Assembly (NCBI GenBank): GCA_049971295.1
Contig: JBMFLH010000018.1
Location: 1 to 21,636, forward strand
Direction: 5' to 3'
DNA from: Candidatus Ratteibacteria bacterium
GTDB taxonomy: Bacteria; Ratteibacteria; UBA8468; B48-G9; DTJG01
Length of the DNA: 21,636 nt
The translations under genes were made by a program, and so were the position numbers. Positions 8,757-16,003 of this stretch are shown piece by piece. Within the stretch, counting starts at the first letter, position 1, and each line of letters begins with the position of its first letter. Under the pieces are notes generated by a model. That model was not told the DNA's origin, searched no databases, and saw only the letters and a list, made by a program, of their open reading frames with translations.

Positions 8757-9031
8757 TTGCACTCTTCTTTGAAAGGGAGTTGAATGGAGCGGTGCTGGTG
8801 CGAGGAAGAACGAGCACCGTATAGCACAAAGGGCGAGAAGGTGAGCCCGTTGACCGAAGCGTAATGTGCAAGACGATGAATAAGAGTGAGCAAGCGAAGA
8901 CCTATGCGGCTGGTTGCCAGTGCGATGGAGAAAGAGCACTGATTGGCAAGCCTGCCGAGAAGGTGAGGCAGGCCGGATCGACCCGAGCCGTAGTGGGCCC
9001 GAGGGCGCCAAATCCCCCTCCTCGCATCGCA
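8757..9031 (+). other. tRNA-linked 270-bp structured element (mini integrative element or ncRNA candidate)
   Basis: About 57% GC over 8761-9000 (manual count), four hairpins with purine-rich GA...GA loops, ending in a copy of the tRNA 3' end; no credible ORF. Confidence 0.65.
9009..9031 (+). repeat. Direct repeat of the tRNA-Leu 3' end (att-like)
   Basis: CAAATCCCCCTCCTCGCATCGCA (9009-9031) versus CAACTCCCCCTCCTCGCATTGCA (8739-8761): 21/23 identical, with a 15-nt exact core. Confidence 0.9.
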
Positions 9032-9041
9032 TACCCGATAT

Positions 9042-9076
9042 GGGGAGTTGAGAAATCTCCCCCAGTCTCTTTTTTA
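9042..9076 (+). terminator. Probable intrinsic terminator of the tRNA transcript
   Basis: GGGGAG-TTGAGAAAT-CTCCCC hairpin followed by CAGTCTCTTTTTT. Confidence 0.5.
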
Positions 9077-9092
9077 TAAAAAGGGAAGTTGT

Positions 9093-9119
9093 AAGAAAAG
9101 TCCTACTGCTGCGGTAGGA
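9093..9119 (-). terminator. Probable intrinsic terminator of the LolA-like gene
   Basis: Minus strand TCCTAC-CGCAGCA-GTAGGA followed by CTTTTCTT, 15 nt after the stop codon. Confidence 0.5.
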
Positions 9120-9134
9120 TAATTAGCAGGAAGA

Positions 9135-9890
9135 TTATTTGGTTGGTATCATCCCTTTAAGGGAATCAGTCATATCAATTTTTTTGGCATCAGGCGGAAA
9201 TGACACTTTGAATATGCCGTCAGGCACAGATGTCTTGATTTCCAGAACATCAATCCACATACCAGGTGTATCACTCTCTGCAATGAATTCCATTTTCAAT
9301 GGGTTGAGTGATTCATAATCAATCCAGTAGAGTATTTTTTTAAACGGCATTGGCGCATTCACTGCTGGCATGTTGAGAGAATTTTTAATTGCCTCTATGT
9401 CTTTAACAGTAATTAAATATACCTTTTTGTCATTTTTGTTTGTTTCTTCAACGACAATCTGGTCTTTAATTTTATTAAGCATTTCTACATTGAATCCGGC
9501 AGGTGAACCGGTGCTCTGTTTTACTCTATTTTTCAATTCTTCGGGAAGTTTATCAAGGTCGATTGTCATAATTGTATTGTTTAAATTATTGTATGTGGTA
9601 ACAGTTTTTCCGTCATTAATGGTTGTTGACTCCATTTTCTGTTCAGTACCAGGAATTATCATAGAAACATCCACACGGGCAAGAACGCCTTTAGTCCAAA
9701 TTTTCATCGGTATTTTCATCGTTGTACCCAACATGGACATATTTACTTCTAATGTTGCGCTCATCTCTTGAATATTCTTATATTTCTCAGCAAGTCTCTT
9801 CATTAAAACATCTTTTGGACTTTCACTTTGCGCAAAAATCATCCCTGTCGCAAACCCTGCTACTGCTAACAATATTAAGATCTTCTTCAT
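9135..9890 (-). CDS. Exported LolA-like / outer-membrane lipoprotein-sorting fold protein
   Basis: Signal peptide MKKILILLAVAGFATGMIFA; KIWTKG..ARVD, TTINDGKTVTTYN, YWIDYESLNP and VPDGIFKVSFPPDAKKID resemble LolA-like proteins; RBS GGGAG. Confidence 0.7.
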   Translation of the reverse strand: MKKILILLAVAGFATGMIFAQSESPKDVLMKRLAEKYKNIQEMSATLEVNMSMLGTTMKIPMKIWTKGVLARVDVSMIIPGTEQKMESTTINDGKTVTTYNNLNNTIMTIDLDKLPEELKNRVKQSTGSPAGFNVEMLNKIKDQIVVEETNKNDKKVYLITVKDIEAIKNSLNMPAVNAPMPFKKILYWIDYESLNPLKMEFIAESDTPGMWIDVLEIKTSVPDGIFKVSFPPDAKKIDMTDSLKGMIPTK

Positions 9891-9913
9891 ACAAGCTCCC
9901 TGTATTTTTTAAT

Positions 9914-9942
9914 ACTTTACTTACTATTCTGCCAAATGTCAA
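9914..9942 (-). promoter_or_regulatory. Sigma70-type promoter of the LolA-like gene
   Basis: Minus strand TTGACA (9942-9937), 17-nt spacer, TAAAGT (9919-9914). Confidence 0.65.
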
Positions 9943-9960
9943 ATTAGTACAAACAGATCC

Positions 9961-9988
9961 TTGACGAATTTTCTTAACATCGTAAAAT
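9961..9988 (+). promoter_or_regulatory. Divergent sigma70-type promoter
   Basis: TTGACG (9961-9966), 16-nt spacer, TAAAAT (9983-9988). Confidence 0.6.
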
Positions 9989-10011
9989 CTACTCAACGCG
10001 AGGAGATAAAA

Positions 10012-10074
10012 ATGGAAAAATCTTTGTCCTTAATTATTACTGAAACGACCTTGCTTATGACACGATACAAGTGA
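10012..10074 (+). CDS. 20-aa ORF (leader peptide or gene remnant)
   Basis: RBS AGGAG (10001-10005), 6 nt, then ATG: MEKSLSLIITETTLLMTRYK*. Confidence 0.35.
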   Translation: MEKSLSLIITETTLLMTRYK

Positions 10075-10124
10075 AAAAATTTCGACATTTGGGTTATTCA
10101 TAAAAGTACTATTAGGAGAAACAA

Positions 10125-11024
10125 ATGTTAAATTCAAAAAAGGTAAAAGAGGTGGCAAAAAAATTAGGAGCAGACCTTGTTGGAATTGCCTCTATGGAGA
10201 GATTTGAAGGAGCGCCAAAACAAATGGACCCACGGTACATCAATCCTGACGCAAAGGCATTGATTGTGATCGGCTTAAGAATACCAAGGGGCGCATTAAG
10301 AGGGATTGAAGAAGGGACATATTTTCTATCATATTCGTCGCAGGCGTATGGGAGTATCAATATGATTTATAATCCTTTTATTCTATACCATCTCACAAGG
10401 TTTATAGAAGACAATGGATACGAAGCAACACCAATTCCAAATGACTATTACAACTGGCCTGCGATTGAATATCATAATGGTAAACCCAAAGAAAATTGGT
10501 CAAAACCTGTTTCACCAGACAAACCTGCCCCTGATATTTTTATTCACTTCAGAATTGCTGCGTTCTGCGCAGGGCTTGGCGAAATCGGGTATAGCAAACT
10601 TTTGCTTAGCCCTGAATTTGGGCCAAGACAACGTTTTGCGTGTATTTTGACTGATGCACCGCTTGAACCAGATCCTATCTATGATGGCCCGAAAATCTGC
10701 GATAGATGTATGCTCTGCGCAAAGGAATGCTCAGCAAATGCCATAAGCACGACTGAAACAGTGAAACTAACAATCGCGGGAAGACAACTTGAGTGGGGAA
10801 AATTAGACATCGAAGCATGCACAAAAGGATTTCAGGGGATGAAACCATTTGACCGGTATAATCCTTTTATGGGGGAAGTTTCGCCTGTCATACTATATTC
10901 AAGAGCAATTGAAGGAGCAAGAGGTTGTATCCGCTCATGCATGATTCATCTTGAAAAACAAGGAAAACTCAAAAATAAATTTCATCAACCTTTTAGAAGA
11001 AGAACATCATGGCGAATGGAATAA
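10125..11024 (+). CDS. Epoxyqueuosine reductase (QueG)/reductive dehalogenase-like 4Fe-4S protein
   Basis: AKKLGADLVGIA, AAFCAGLGEIGYSKLLLSPEFGPRQRFACILTDAPLEPD, CDRCMLCAKECSANAI, GCIRSC; RBS AGGAG. Confidence 0.8.
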   Translation: MLNSKKVKEVAKKLGADLVGIASMERFEGAPKQMDPRYINPDAKALIVIGLRIPRGALRGIEEGTYFLSYSSQAYGSINMIYNPFILYHLTRFIEDNGYEATPIPNDYYNWPAIEYHNGKPKENWSKPVSPDKPAPDIFIHFRIAAFCAGLGEIGYSKLLLSPEFGPRQRFACILTDAPLEPDPIYDGPKICDRCMLCAKECSANAISTTETVKLTIAGRQLEWGKLDIEACTKGFQGMKPFDRYNPFMGEVSPVILYSRAIEGARGCIRSCMIHLEKQGKLKNKFHQPFRRRTSWRME

Positions 11025-12043
11025 AATTCTCTGTTGGATACCAATTGCTTGAACATGACAAACTTTTTCTGAACATTGTAAAAAAGTACAAACATAAAAT
11101 TGAAGAGGTCTATTTTCCGTGGTTAAACCTTCCGGGAGGAAGAGGTCCTATTGCCGAAAAGTCCGGATATGTGAACTGGGAAGCACAGAAACAATTAGAG
11201 TATGAAATAACACAAATAAAAAAACTGGGTATCAAATTAAATTTGCTTCTCAATGCATCATGCTGGGGTGGTTATTCGCTTTCAATAAATCTTTCAAATA
11301 TGGTGGTTTCAATTGTTGAATATTTATCTGAAGAAATTGGTATCGACTCAATTACTGCATTTTCGCCACTGGTAGCTTACACAATCAAGAAAAATTTTCC
11401 TGAAATAGAAATCAGGGCTTCAGTGAATATGAAAACCAGCTGTATCAGCGCAATGGAGCAATTGTCAGACATATTTGACAGTTTCATAATGCAAAGGGAA
11501 TTTAATAGAAATTTTGAAGAGATACAAAAACTTAAGCACTGGTGCGATAGAAACGGGAAAAAATTAGGTATACTTGTCAATAGCGGCTGCATGGATTTCT
11601 GCGCAGTTCAAACATTCCATGACAATGTCATTGCCCATGAAACCGAAGTTTTCTCTAAAGCAAATGTAATGGAAGACATACCTGGAAACTGCTGGAGCTA
11701 CTACAGAAAAAGTAAAAACTGGAAGAATCTAATTGCGAACCATTCCTGGATAAGACCAGAGGACATACATTATTATGATAAGTATTTTGAGGTTGTGAAA
11801 CTTGCCACAAGAATCAACCCTGACCCTGAAAAAGTGATAAGGGCATATTGTAGCGAAAAATTCCATGGCAATCTTCTTGACCTTTTTGAACCCTCACACT
11901 CAGATCTTCTGTTTCCCTGCATTATAGATAATTCCAAATTCCCTTTTGGCTGGCTTGATAGGCTATTATCCTGCGATAAAAATTGCGAAAAATGTTCCTA
12001 TTGCCAGGATGTGTTAAAAGAAGTCCTCGTAAATATATTTTGA
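11009..12043 (+). CDS. Peptidase U32 family-like (probable Fe-S) protein
   Basis: GIKLNLLLNASC, FPEIEIRASVN, REFNRNFEEI, ILVNSGCMDFC..QTFH, WIRPED, VKLATR and C-terminal CDKNCEKCSYC. Confidence 0.7.
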   Translation: MANGIKFSVGYQLLEHDKLFLNIVKKYKHKIEEVYFPWLNLPGGRGPIAEKSGYVNWEAQKQLEYEITQIKKLGIKLNLLLNASCWGGYSLSINLSNMVVSIVEYLSEEIGIDSITAFSPLVAYTIKKNFPEIEIRASVNMKTSCISAMEQLSDIFDSFIMQREFNRNFEEIQKLKHWCDRNGKKLGILVNSGCMDFCAVQTFHDNVIAHETEVFSKANVMEDIPGNCWSYYRKSKNWKNLIANHSWIRPEDIHYYDKYFEVVKLATRINPDPEKVIRAYCSEKFHGNLLDLFEPSHSDLLFPCIIDNSKFPFGWLDRLLSCDKNCEKCSYCQDVLKEVLVNIF

Positions 12044-12201
12044 TAATGAAAAGCACAATTTTTAAAAAAATTTGGCTTCTGGCAACCGGCTATATAATTC
12101 CATCTTAAAATCAAAATATCCAATCCTAAAAAATCAAAGTATCATAGTTCAAAAAATGTGAAAATGTTTTTTAAAAAATTGCAGGTTGAGGTTCATTTTT
12201 T

Positions 12202-12492
12202 TCATTTGATTTCTGAAAGTGTTTTCCTGCACGCATTTGTTAACAGAGAAATATTGTGTCCGACTGCAATAAATTGAAAACCCTCTTCAATTCTCTGGTT
12301 TATCTGCGAACAGGTGGCAACCAGCCCGCAAGGAATCCCATTTTTTTGCATACACCCAGGATATATTTGATATTTTTTTCAACCTCTGGATGCGTCCTAT
12401 TTTTCAAAAATCCCATTGAAGCGGCGAGGTCACTTGCTCCAATAAAAACGCAATCAATACCTTTGACGCTCAATATGGCTTCAATGTTTTTT
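12202..12492 (-). pseudogene. 3' remnant of HpcH/HpaI aldolase family gene
   Basis: KNIEAILSVKGIDCVFIGASDLAASMG...HPEVEKNIKYILGVCKK, frameshift in the A-run at ~12345, then GIPCG...QRIEEGFQFIAVG...SEIK* (TGA 12204-12202). Confidence 0.75.
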
Positions 12493-12830
12493 CAGGGTAT
12501 TTAACCTTTATAAAATGAATTCCAGGTGTTTCAAACGATAGGTCATAGACAGTCCCGAACTTTCTTCTGTCATCAAAAAAGACGCCGTGATAATTCGAGA
12601 ACTTGATTTTTCTGTTTTCTATTTCAATTTCTATCTTGCCAATATGACCGTCATAAACATTGTCAAGGTATCTGATTCCTCTTGGTGAAACATTAAACGC
12701 TGCGCAACCCGGGTCGACCAGTGAAACACTCCCATCCAACTTCATATGGAGTTGTTAAAATCTTAAACCTCAGGTTAAATTGTTCTCCAGTTGCTACAAT
12801 AGACGGAACAATTGCATATATTCCTGTCAT
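12493..12830 (-). pseudogene. 5' remnant of a hypothetical gene (possibly DUF3604-like), frameshifted
   Basis: ATG 12830, directly after the upstream stop: MTGIYAIVPSIVATGEQFNLRFKILTTPYEVGWECF...; frameshift ~12700 into FNVSPRGIRYLDNV...FETPGIHFIKV, then runs into the aldolase remnant. The family call is tentative. Confidence 0.5.
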
Positions 12831-12831
12831 T

Positions 12832-13530
12832 TTATTTTTGAAGTTTAGAAATTGTTTCTATTCCGAGTTGCTTCCACATCTTCTCGTCAAATTCAGCCAT
12901 TCTTCCAGGACAATTTTTTCTCCTGCAAACCTTGCAACCATTGTAATCAATCTCTGCGGGAAATAAAATTCCAGAAACACTTTTATTTGGTATCATGAGA
13001 CAACTTTCAGTCAGTTTTACCCCGATCAGTTTTTCCACATCACCGAAAAGAGAAAACAACTGTTTCTGCTGCTGAATCGGCCAGAGTCCGCCTTCACTTC
13101 CACCAGGAACCATTGTTGCAGTTTTACCAAGGAGAAATCGATTTTTTATGTATCCCATAAGGTTTTTTATTGCGATGTTCAAATAAGCTGCTTTTATTGT
13201 ATCCCACCAGTATTCCTTCAGTAAATCCTCAGACAACTTTATTGAATCAAGTTCAGTCCCACATGTAGCTACATAAGGAAAACATCTGCCCACTTTCTCA
13301 AGATTTTTACTGAGAGTCATACTTTCGAATCGCACACCATTGATAACAACCCCATCCTTATCCCTTGATTCAACAAAACCCTCAAGATAAACCGCTTTAG
13401 GTCTCGCAATGTTTCTCGCAATTTCAAAAAGTTTCTTAAACTCCTCTTCATCGGCCAAATCTGTGATTTTAAGCTTCCTTAACAATTCACCATAGTCAAC
13501 TTCATCCCCAAAATGCTCAAGTATTTCCAT
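12832..13530 (-). CDS. Stand-alone vitamin B12-dependent methionine synthase activation-domain-like protein
   Basis: ARPKAVY, FPYVATCGTELD, MVPGG...WPIQQQKQLFSL, IGVKLTESCLMIPNKSVSGI, CKVCRRKNCPGR; RBS GGAG before ATG 13530. Confidence 0.82.
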   Translation of the reverse strand: MEILEHFGDEVDYGELLRKLKITDLADEEEFKKLFEIARNIARPKAVYLEGFVESRDKDGVVINGVRFESMTLSKNLEKVGRCFPYVATCGTELDSIKLSEDLLKEYWWDTIKAAYLNIAIKNLMGYIKNRFLLGKTATMVPGGSEGGLWPIQQQKQLFSLFGDVEKLIGVKLTESCLMIPNKSVSGILFPAEIDYNGCKVCRRKNCPGRMAEFDEKMWKQLGIETISKLQK

Positions 13531-13595
13531 TTCATCTCCAGACAAGATTTTTAACAAAATATCATACAACACAAAAAAGATATTTTCAAAAAAAC

Positions 13596-13640
13596 TTGAC
13601 ATAAAAAATATTTTGATTATCATATAGCCATATGGCTATA
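13596..13640 (+). promoter_or_regulatory. arsR promoter with overlapping palindromic operator
   Basis: TTGACA (13596-13601), 16-nt spacer, TATCAT (13618-13623); perfect 18-bp palindrome TATAGCCATATGGCTATA (13623-13640) covering the start codon. Confidence 0.78.
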
Positions 13641-14030
13641 AATTCAATAACAAAATTGCATACATTTCTGCATGCAATATCAGACGAAAAAAGAATTAGA
13701 AGCCTCAAGATGCTGGAAATAAAACCATTATGCATCTGTCAGCTGACTGCTGTGTTGGAAATCAGGCAACCAACAGTTTCCAAGCATATGACAAAATTAA
13801 AAAAGGCAAACATTGTTTTTGAAAAAAGAATCGGTCAATTTACAGTGTATCTACTCAATAGAAAGCATCCATTTATCAACATATGGTGGGTAACGAGTTG
13901 CTTGATTGACAATAGCATTGTCATGAAAGATAAAAAAAAGTTGAATAAATTAAACACTAAAATTCCGTTAAAACTTGATAGCCAATCGGCTATGAATCAG
14001 GAGGATAGATGGCGCAAAAGATTAGACTAA
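13632..14030 (+). CDS. arsR: ArsR/SmtB family metalloregulator
   Basis: AISDEKRIRSLKML, PLCICQL (CxC site), RQPTVSKHMTKLKKANIV winged HTH. Confidence 0.88.
   Translation: MAINSITKLHTFLHAISDEKRIRSLKMLEIKPLCICQLTAVLEIRQPTVSKHMTKLKKANIVFEKRIGQFTVYLLNRKHPFINIWWVTSCLIDNSIVMKDKKKLNKLNTKIPLKLDSQSAMNQEDRWRKRLD
13978..13993 (+). promoter_or_regulatory. Second putative ArsR operator
   Basis: ATAGCC-AATC-GGCTAT has the same half-sites and 4-nt spacer as ATAGCC-ATAT-GGCTAT at 13624-13639, and lies 15 nt before the permease ATG. Confidence 0.65.
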
Positions 14031-15199
14031 AAGAGTGGCAAAAATTTTTTTTGATGGGTTTCTTTTTTTCCCTATTCTATTTTTTGCCTGTTGAAATGTT
14101 TAGGTTCAGAAATCCATTCTATGAAGCACTTGCTCTTGTAAAATGGTACGCAAGAGAGCATGTATTACTGTGTCTTGTTCCTGCTTTTTTTATTGCTGGC
14201 GCAATATCGGTTTTCATCAGTCAGGCATCTGTCTTAAAATATTTTGGACCTAAAGCAAATAAGATACTGGCTTACTGCGTTGCATCTGTTTCAGGCACAA
14301 TTCTGGCTGTTTGTTCCTGTACTGTGCTTCCTCTTTTTTCAGGCATTTACAAACGTGGCGCAGGACTTGGGCCAGCTATCGCTTTTCTTTATTCAGGACC
14401 CGCCATCAATGTACTTGCAATCATTATGACAGCGCGCATCCTTGGATGGCAACTCGGACTCGCAAGAGCTATCAGCGCGATTACCATGAGTATTATTCTC
14501 GGGCTGTTAATGCATGTATTTTTTATTCGTGAAGAAAGGGAAAAACATGCCAGCGCAAATTCTTTGATTACTCAAAACGATGAAAAGCACGCCTTATGGC
14601 AAATAGTTCTGCAATTTGTTTTTATGATAGCATTTCTGGTATTTGCAAACTGGGCAGAGCCAAAAGCAGGTATTTCCGGGTTCTGGGCAGATGTATTTCG
14701 GATAAAATGGATTCTAAGCGCTTTTTCTCTTTTCGGCTTATTTTTTGTACTAAAACTCTGGTTTGATGGAAACGAAATTCAGGTCTGGATAGAAGCCACA
14801 TGGGGATTTGCAAAACAAATCACTCCACTTCTGTTAATTGGCGTTTTTATAGCAGGACTTTTACTGGGCAGACCAGGCCATGAAGGAATTATTCCTTCAA
14901 AGTTTATATCAGGACTTGTTGGTGGTAATTCCTTATCAGCAAATTTTTATGCCTCCATTGTAGGAGCATTTATGTACTTTGCAACCTTAACAGAAGTTCC
15001 AATTTTGCAGGGGCTAATTGGTTCTGGAATGGGCAAAGGGCCTGCTCTCGGACTACTTCTCGCAGGACCTGCATTAAGTTTACCCAGTATGTTGGTACTA
15101 CGACGCATTATGGGTACAAAGAAAACCGTTATTTACGTCGTGATGGTTGTTATAATTTCAGCATTCTGTGGCATAGTTTTTGGAAATATTGTAAAGTAA
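14009..15199 (+). CDS. ArsP/DUF318 family permease
   Basis: REHVLLCLVPAFFIAGAI, LAVCSCTVLPLF, FLYSGPAINVLA, FMYFATLTEVPI, LLAGPALSLPSM; multiple TM segments; RBS GGAGG. Confidence 0.88.
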   Translation: MAQKIRLKEWQKFFLMGFFFSLFYFLPVEMFRFRNPFYEALALVKWYAREHVLLCLVPAFFIAGAISVFISQASVLKYFGPKANKILAYCVASVSGTILAVCSCTVLPLFSGIYKRGAGLGPAIAFLYSGPAINVLAIIMTARILGWQLGLARAISAITMSIILGLLMHVFFIREEREKHASANSLITQNDEKHALWQIVLQFVFMIAFLVFANWAEPKAGISGFWADVFRIKWILSAFSLFGLFFVLKLWFDGNEIQVWIEATWGFAKQITPLLLIGVFIAGLLLGRPGHEGIIPSKFISGLVGGNSLSANFYASIVGAFMYFATLTEVPILQGLIGSGMGKGPALGLLLAGPALSLPSMLVLRRIMGTKKTVIYVVMVVIISAFCGIVFGNIVK

Positions 15200-15290
15200 T
15201 TTCTATGATCCCGGTTATCTATCGTAAGGAGACAGAACAACGGAAATGGTGAGAATTTGTTACAACATAAAAAACTAATAGGAGGAATTT

Positions 15291-15533
15291 ATGAAAAAAA
15301 TACAAATCCTGGGCACAGGATGCCCAAAGTGCAAGAAACTTGCTGAAAATGCTGAAATGGCCGCGAAGGAACTTGGCATTGAATACGAAATAGAAAAAAT
15401 TACAAATATCAATGATATCATGAATTTTGGAGTGATGATGACGCCCGCCCTTGCCATTGATGGAGAGGTAAAAACATCAGGTAGAATCCCATCAGTGGAC
15501 GAAATCAAGCACATACTCCAATGCAAAAAGTGA
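15291..15533 (+). CDS. Small redox-active disulfide protein (TM0996/MTH895-type thioredoxin fold)
   Basis: IQILGTGCPKCKKL...GVMMTPALAIDGEVK..GRIPS; RBS AGGAGG. Confidence 0.9.
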   Translation: MKKIQILGTGCPKCKKLAENAEMAAKELGIEYEIEKITNINDIMNFGVMMTPALAIDGEVKTSGRIPSVDEIKHILQCKK

Positions 15534-15546
15534 AACGAGGGAAAAA

Positions 15547-15990
15547 ATGAAAAAAAAGTGTTGTTGCGGAGGTCCATCAATATTACTTTTCCCCTGTGCT
15601 GGTGGTTCGGATGTCGGCGCACTTACTGACAGGGTGGCAAGAAAATTGACGCAGGATGGTTGGGGCAGAATTTATTGCCTGGCAGGAGTTGCAGCCCATC
15701 TATCAAGTCTCCTTGAAAGTGCAAAGGCTGCAAAAAAGGTGGTCGCTATCGATGGTTGCCCTACCTTATGCGCTACAAAGGCATTAATTCACGCTGGTTT
15801 CCAACCCATCGGCATCTCGCTTAAAGAACTGGGATTTATGAAAGGGAATTCTCCAATAAGCGAAGAAAATATAAACAAAATATGCGATTGGATAAAGAAC
15901 CACAGCCCAATAGAAAATGACGATTCAAAAAAATCTGGTGTTAGATATAAAATAGATTGCTGTGGCAATCCCGATAAGGAAACAAAGTAA
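15547..15990 (+). CDS. DGC-domain putative zinc-binding protein
   Basis: PCAGGSDVGAL.DRVARKL, YCLAGVAA, VAIDGCPTLCA; Cys-rich termini. Confidence 0.85.
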   Translation: MKKKCCCGGPSILLFPCAGGSDVGALTDRVARKLTQDGWGRIYCLAGVAAHLSSLLESAKAAKKVVAIDGCPTLCATKALIHAGFQPIGISLKELGFMKGNSPISEENINKICDWIKNHSPIENDDSKKSGVRYKIDCCGNPDKETK

Positions 15991-16003
15991 AAAAGTGGAG
16001 AGA

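Noticed and set aside
8757..9031. Identification as tmRNA, RNase P RNA, SRP RNA, a second tRNA or a CRISPR array
   Set aside because: I could not find their hallmark sequences. The second repeat lacks a 5' tRNA half and an intact T loop, there are only two repeat copies 270 bp apart, and no cas genes are present.
8589..9079. ORFs 8589..9032, 8665..8871 and 8864..9079
   Set aside because: They overlap the tRNA or the GC-rich structured element, lack recognisable motifs, and are expected by chance in GC-rich sequence.
12044..12201. Short AT-rich ORFs on both strands and a single GGCTAT half-site near 12088
   Set aside because: No RBS or motifs, and the second half-site of the operator is absent.
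15200..15290. AAGGAG followed by a 9-codon ORF between the permease and the small thioredoxin
   Set aside because: RBS spacing is too long and the ORF is too short to support.
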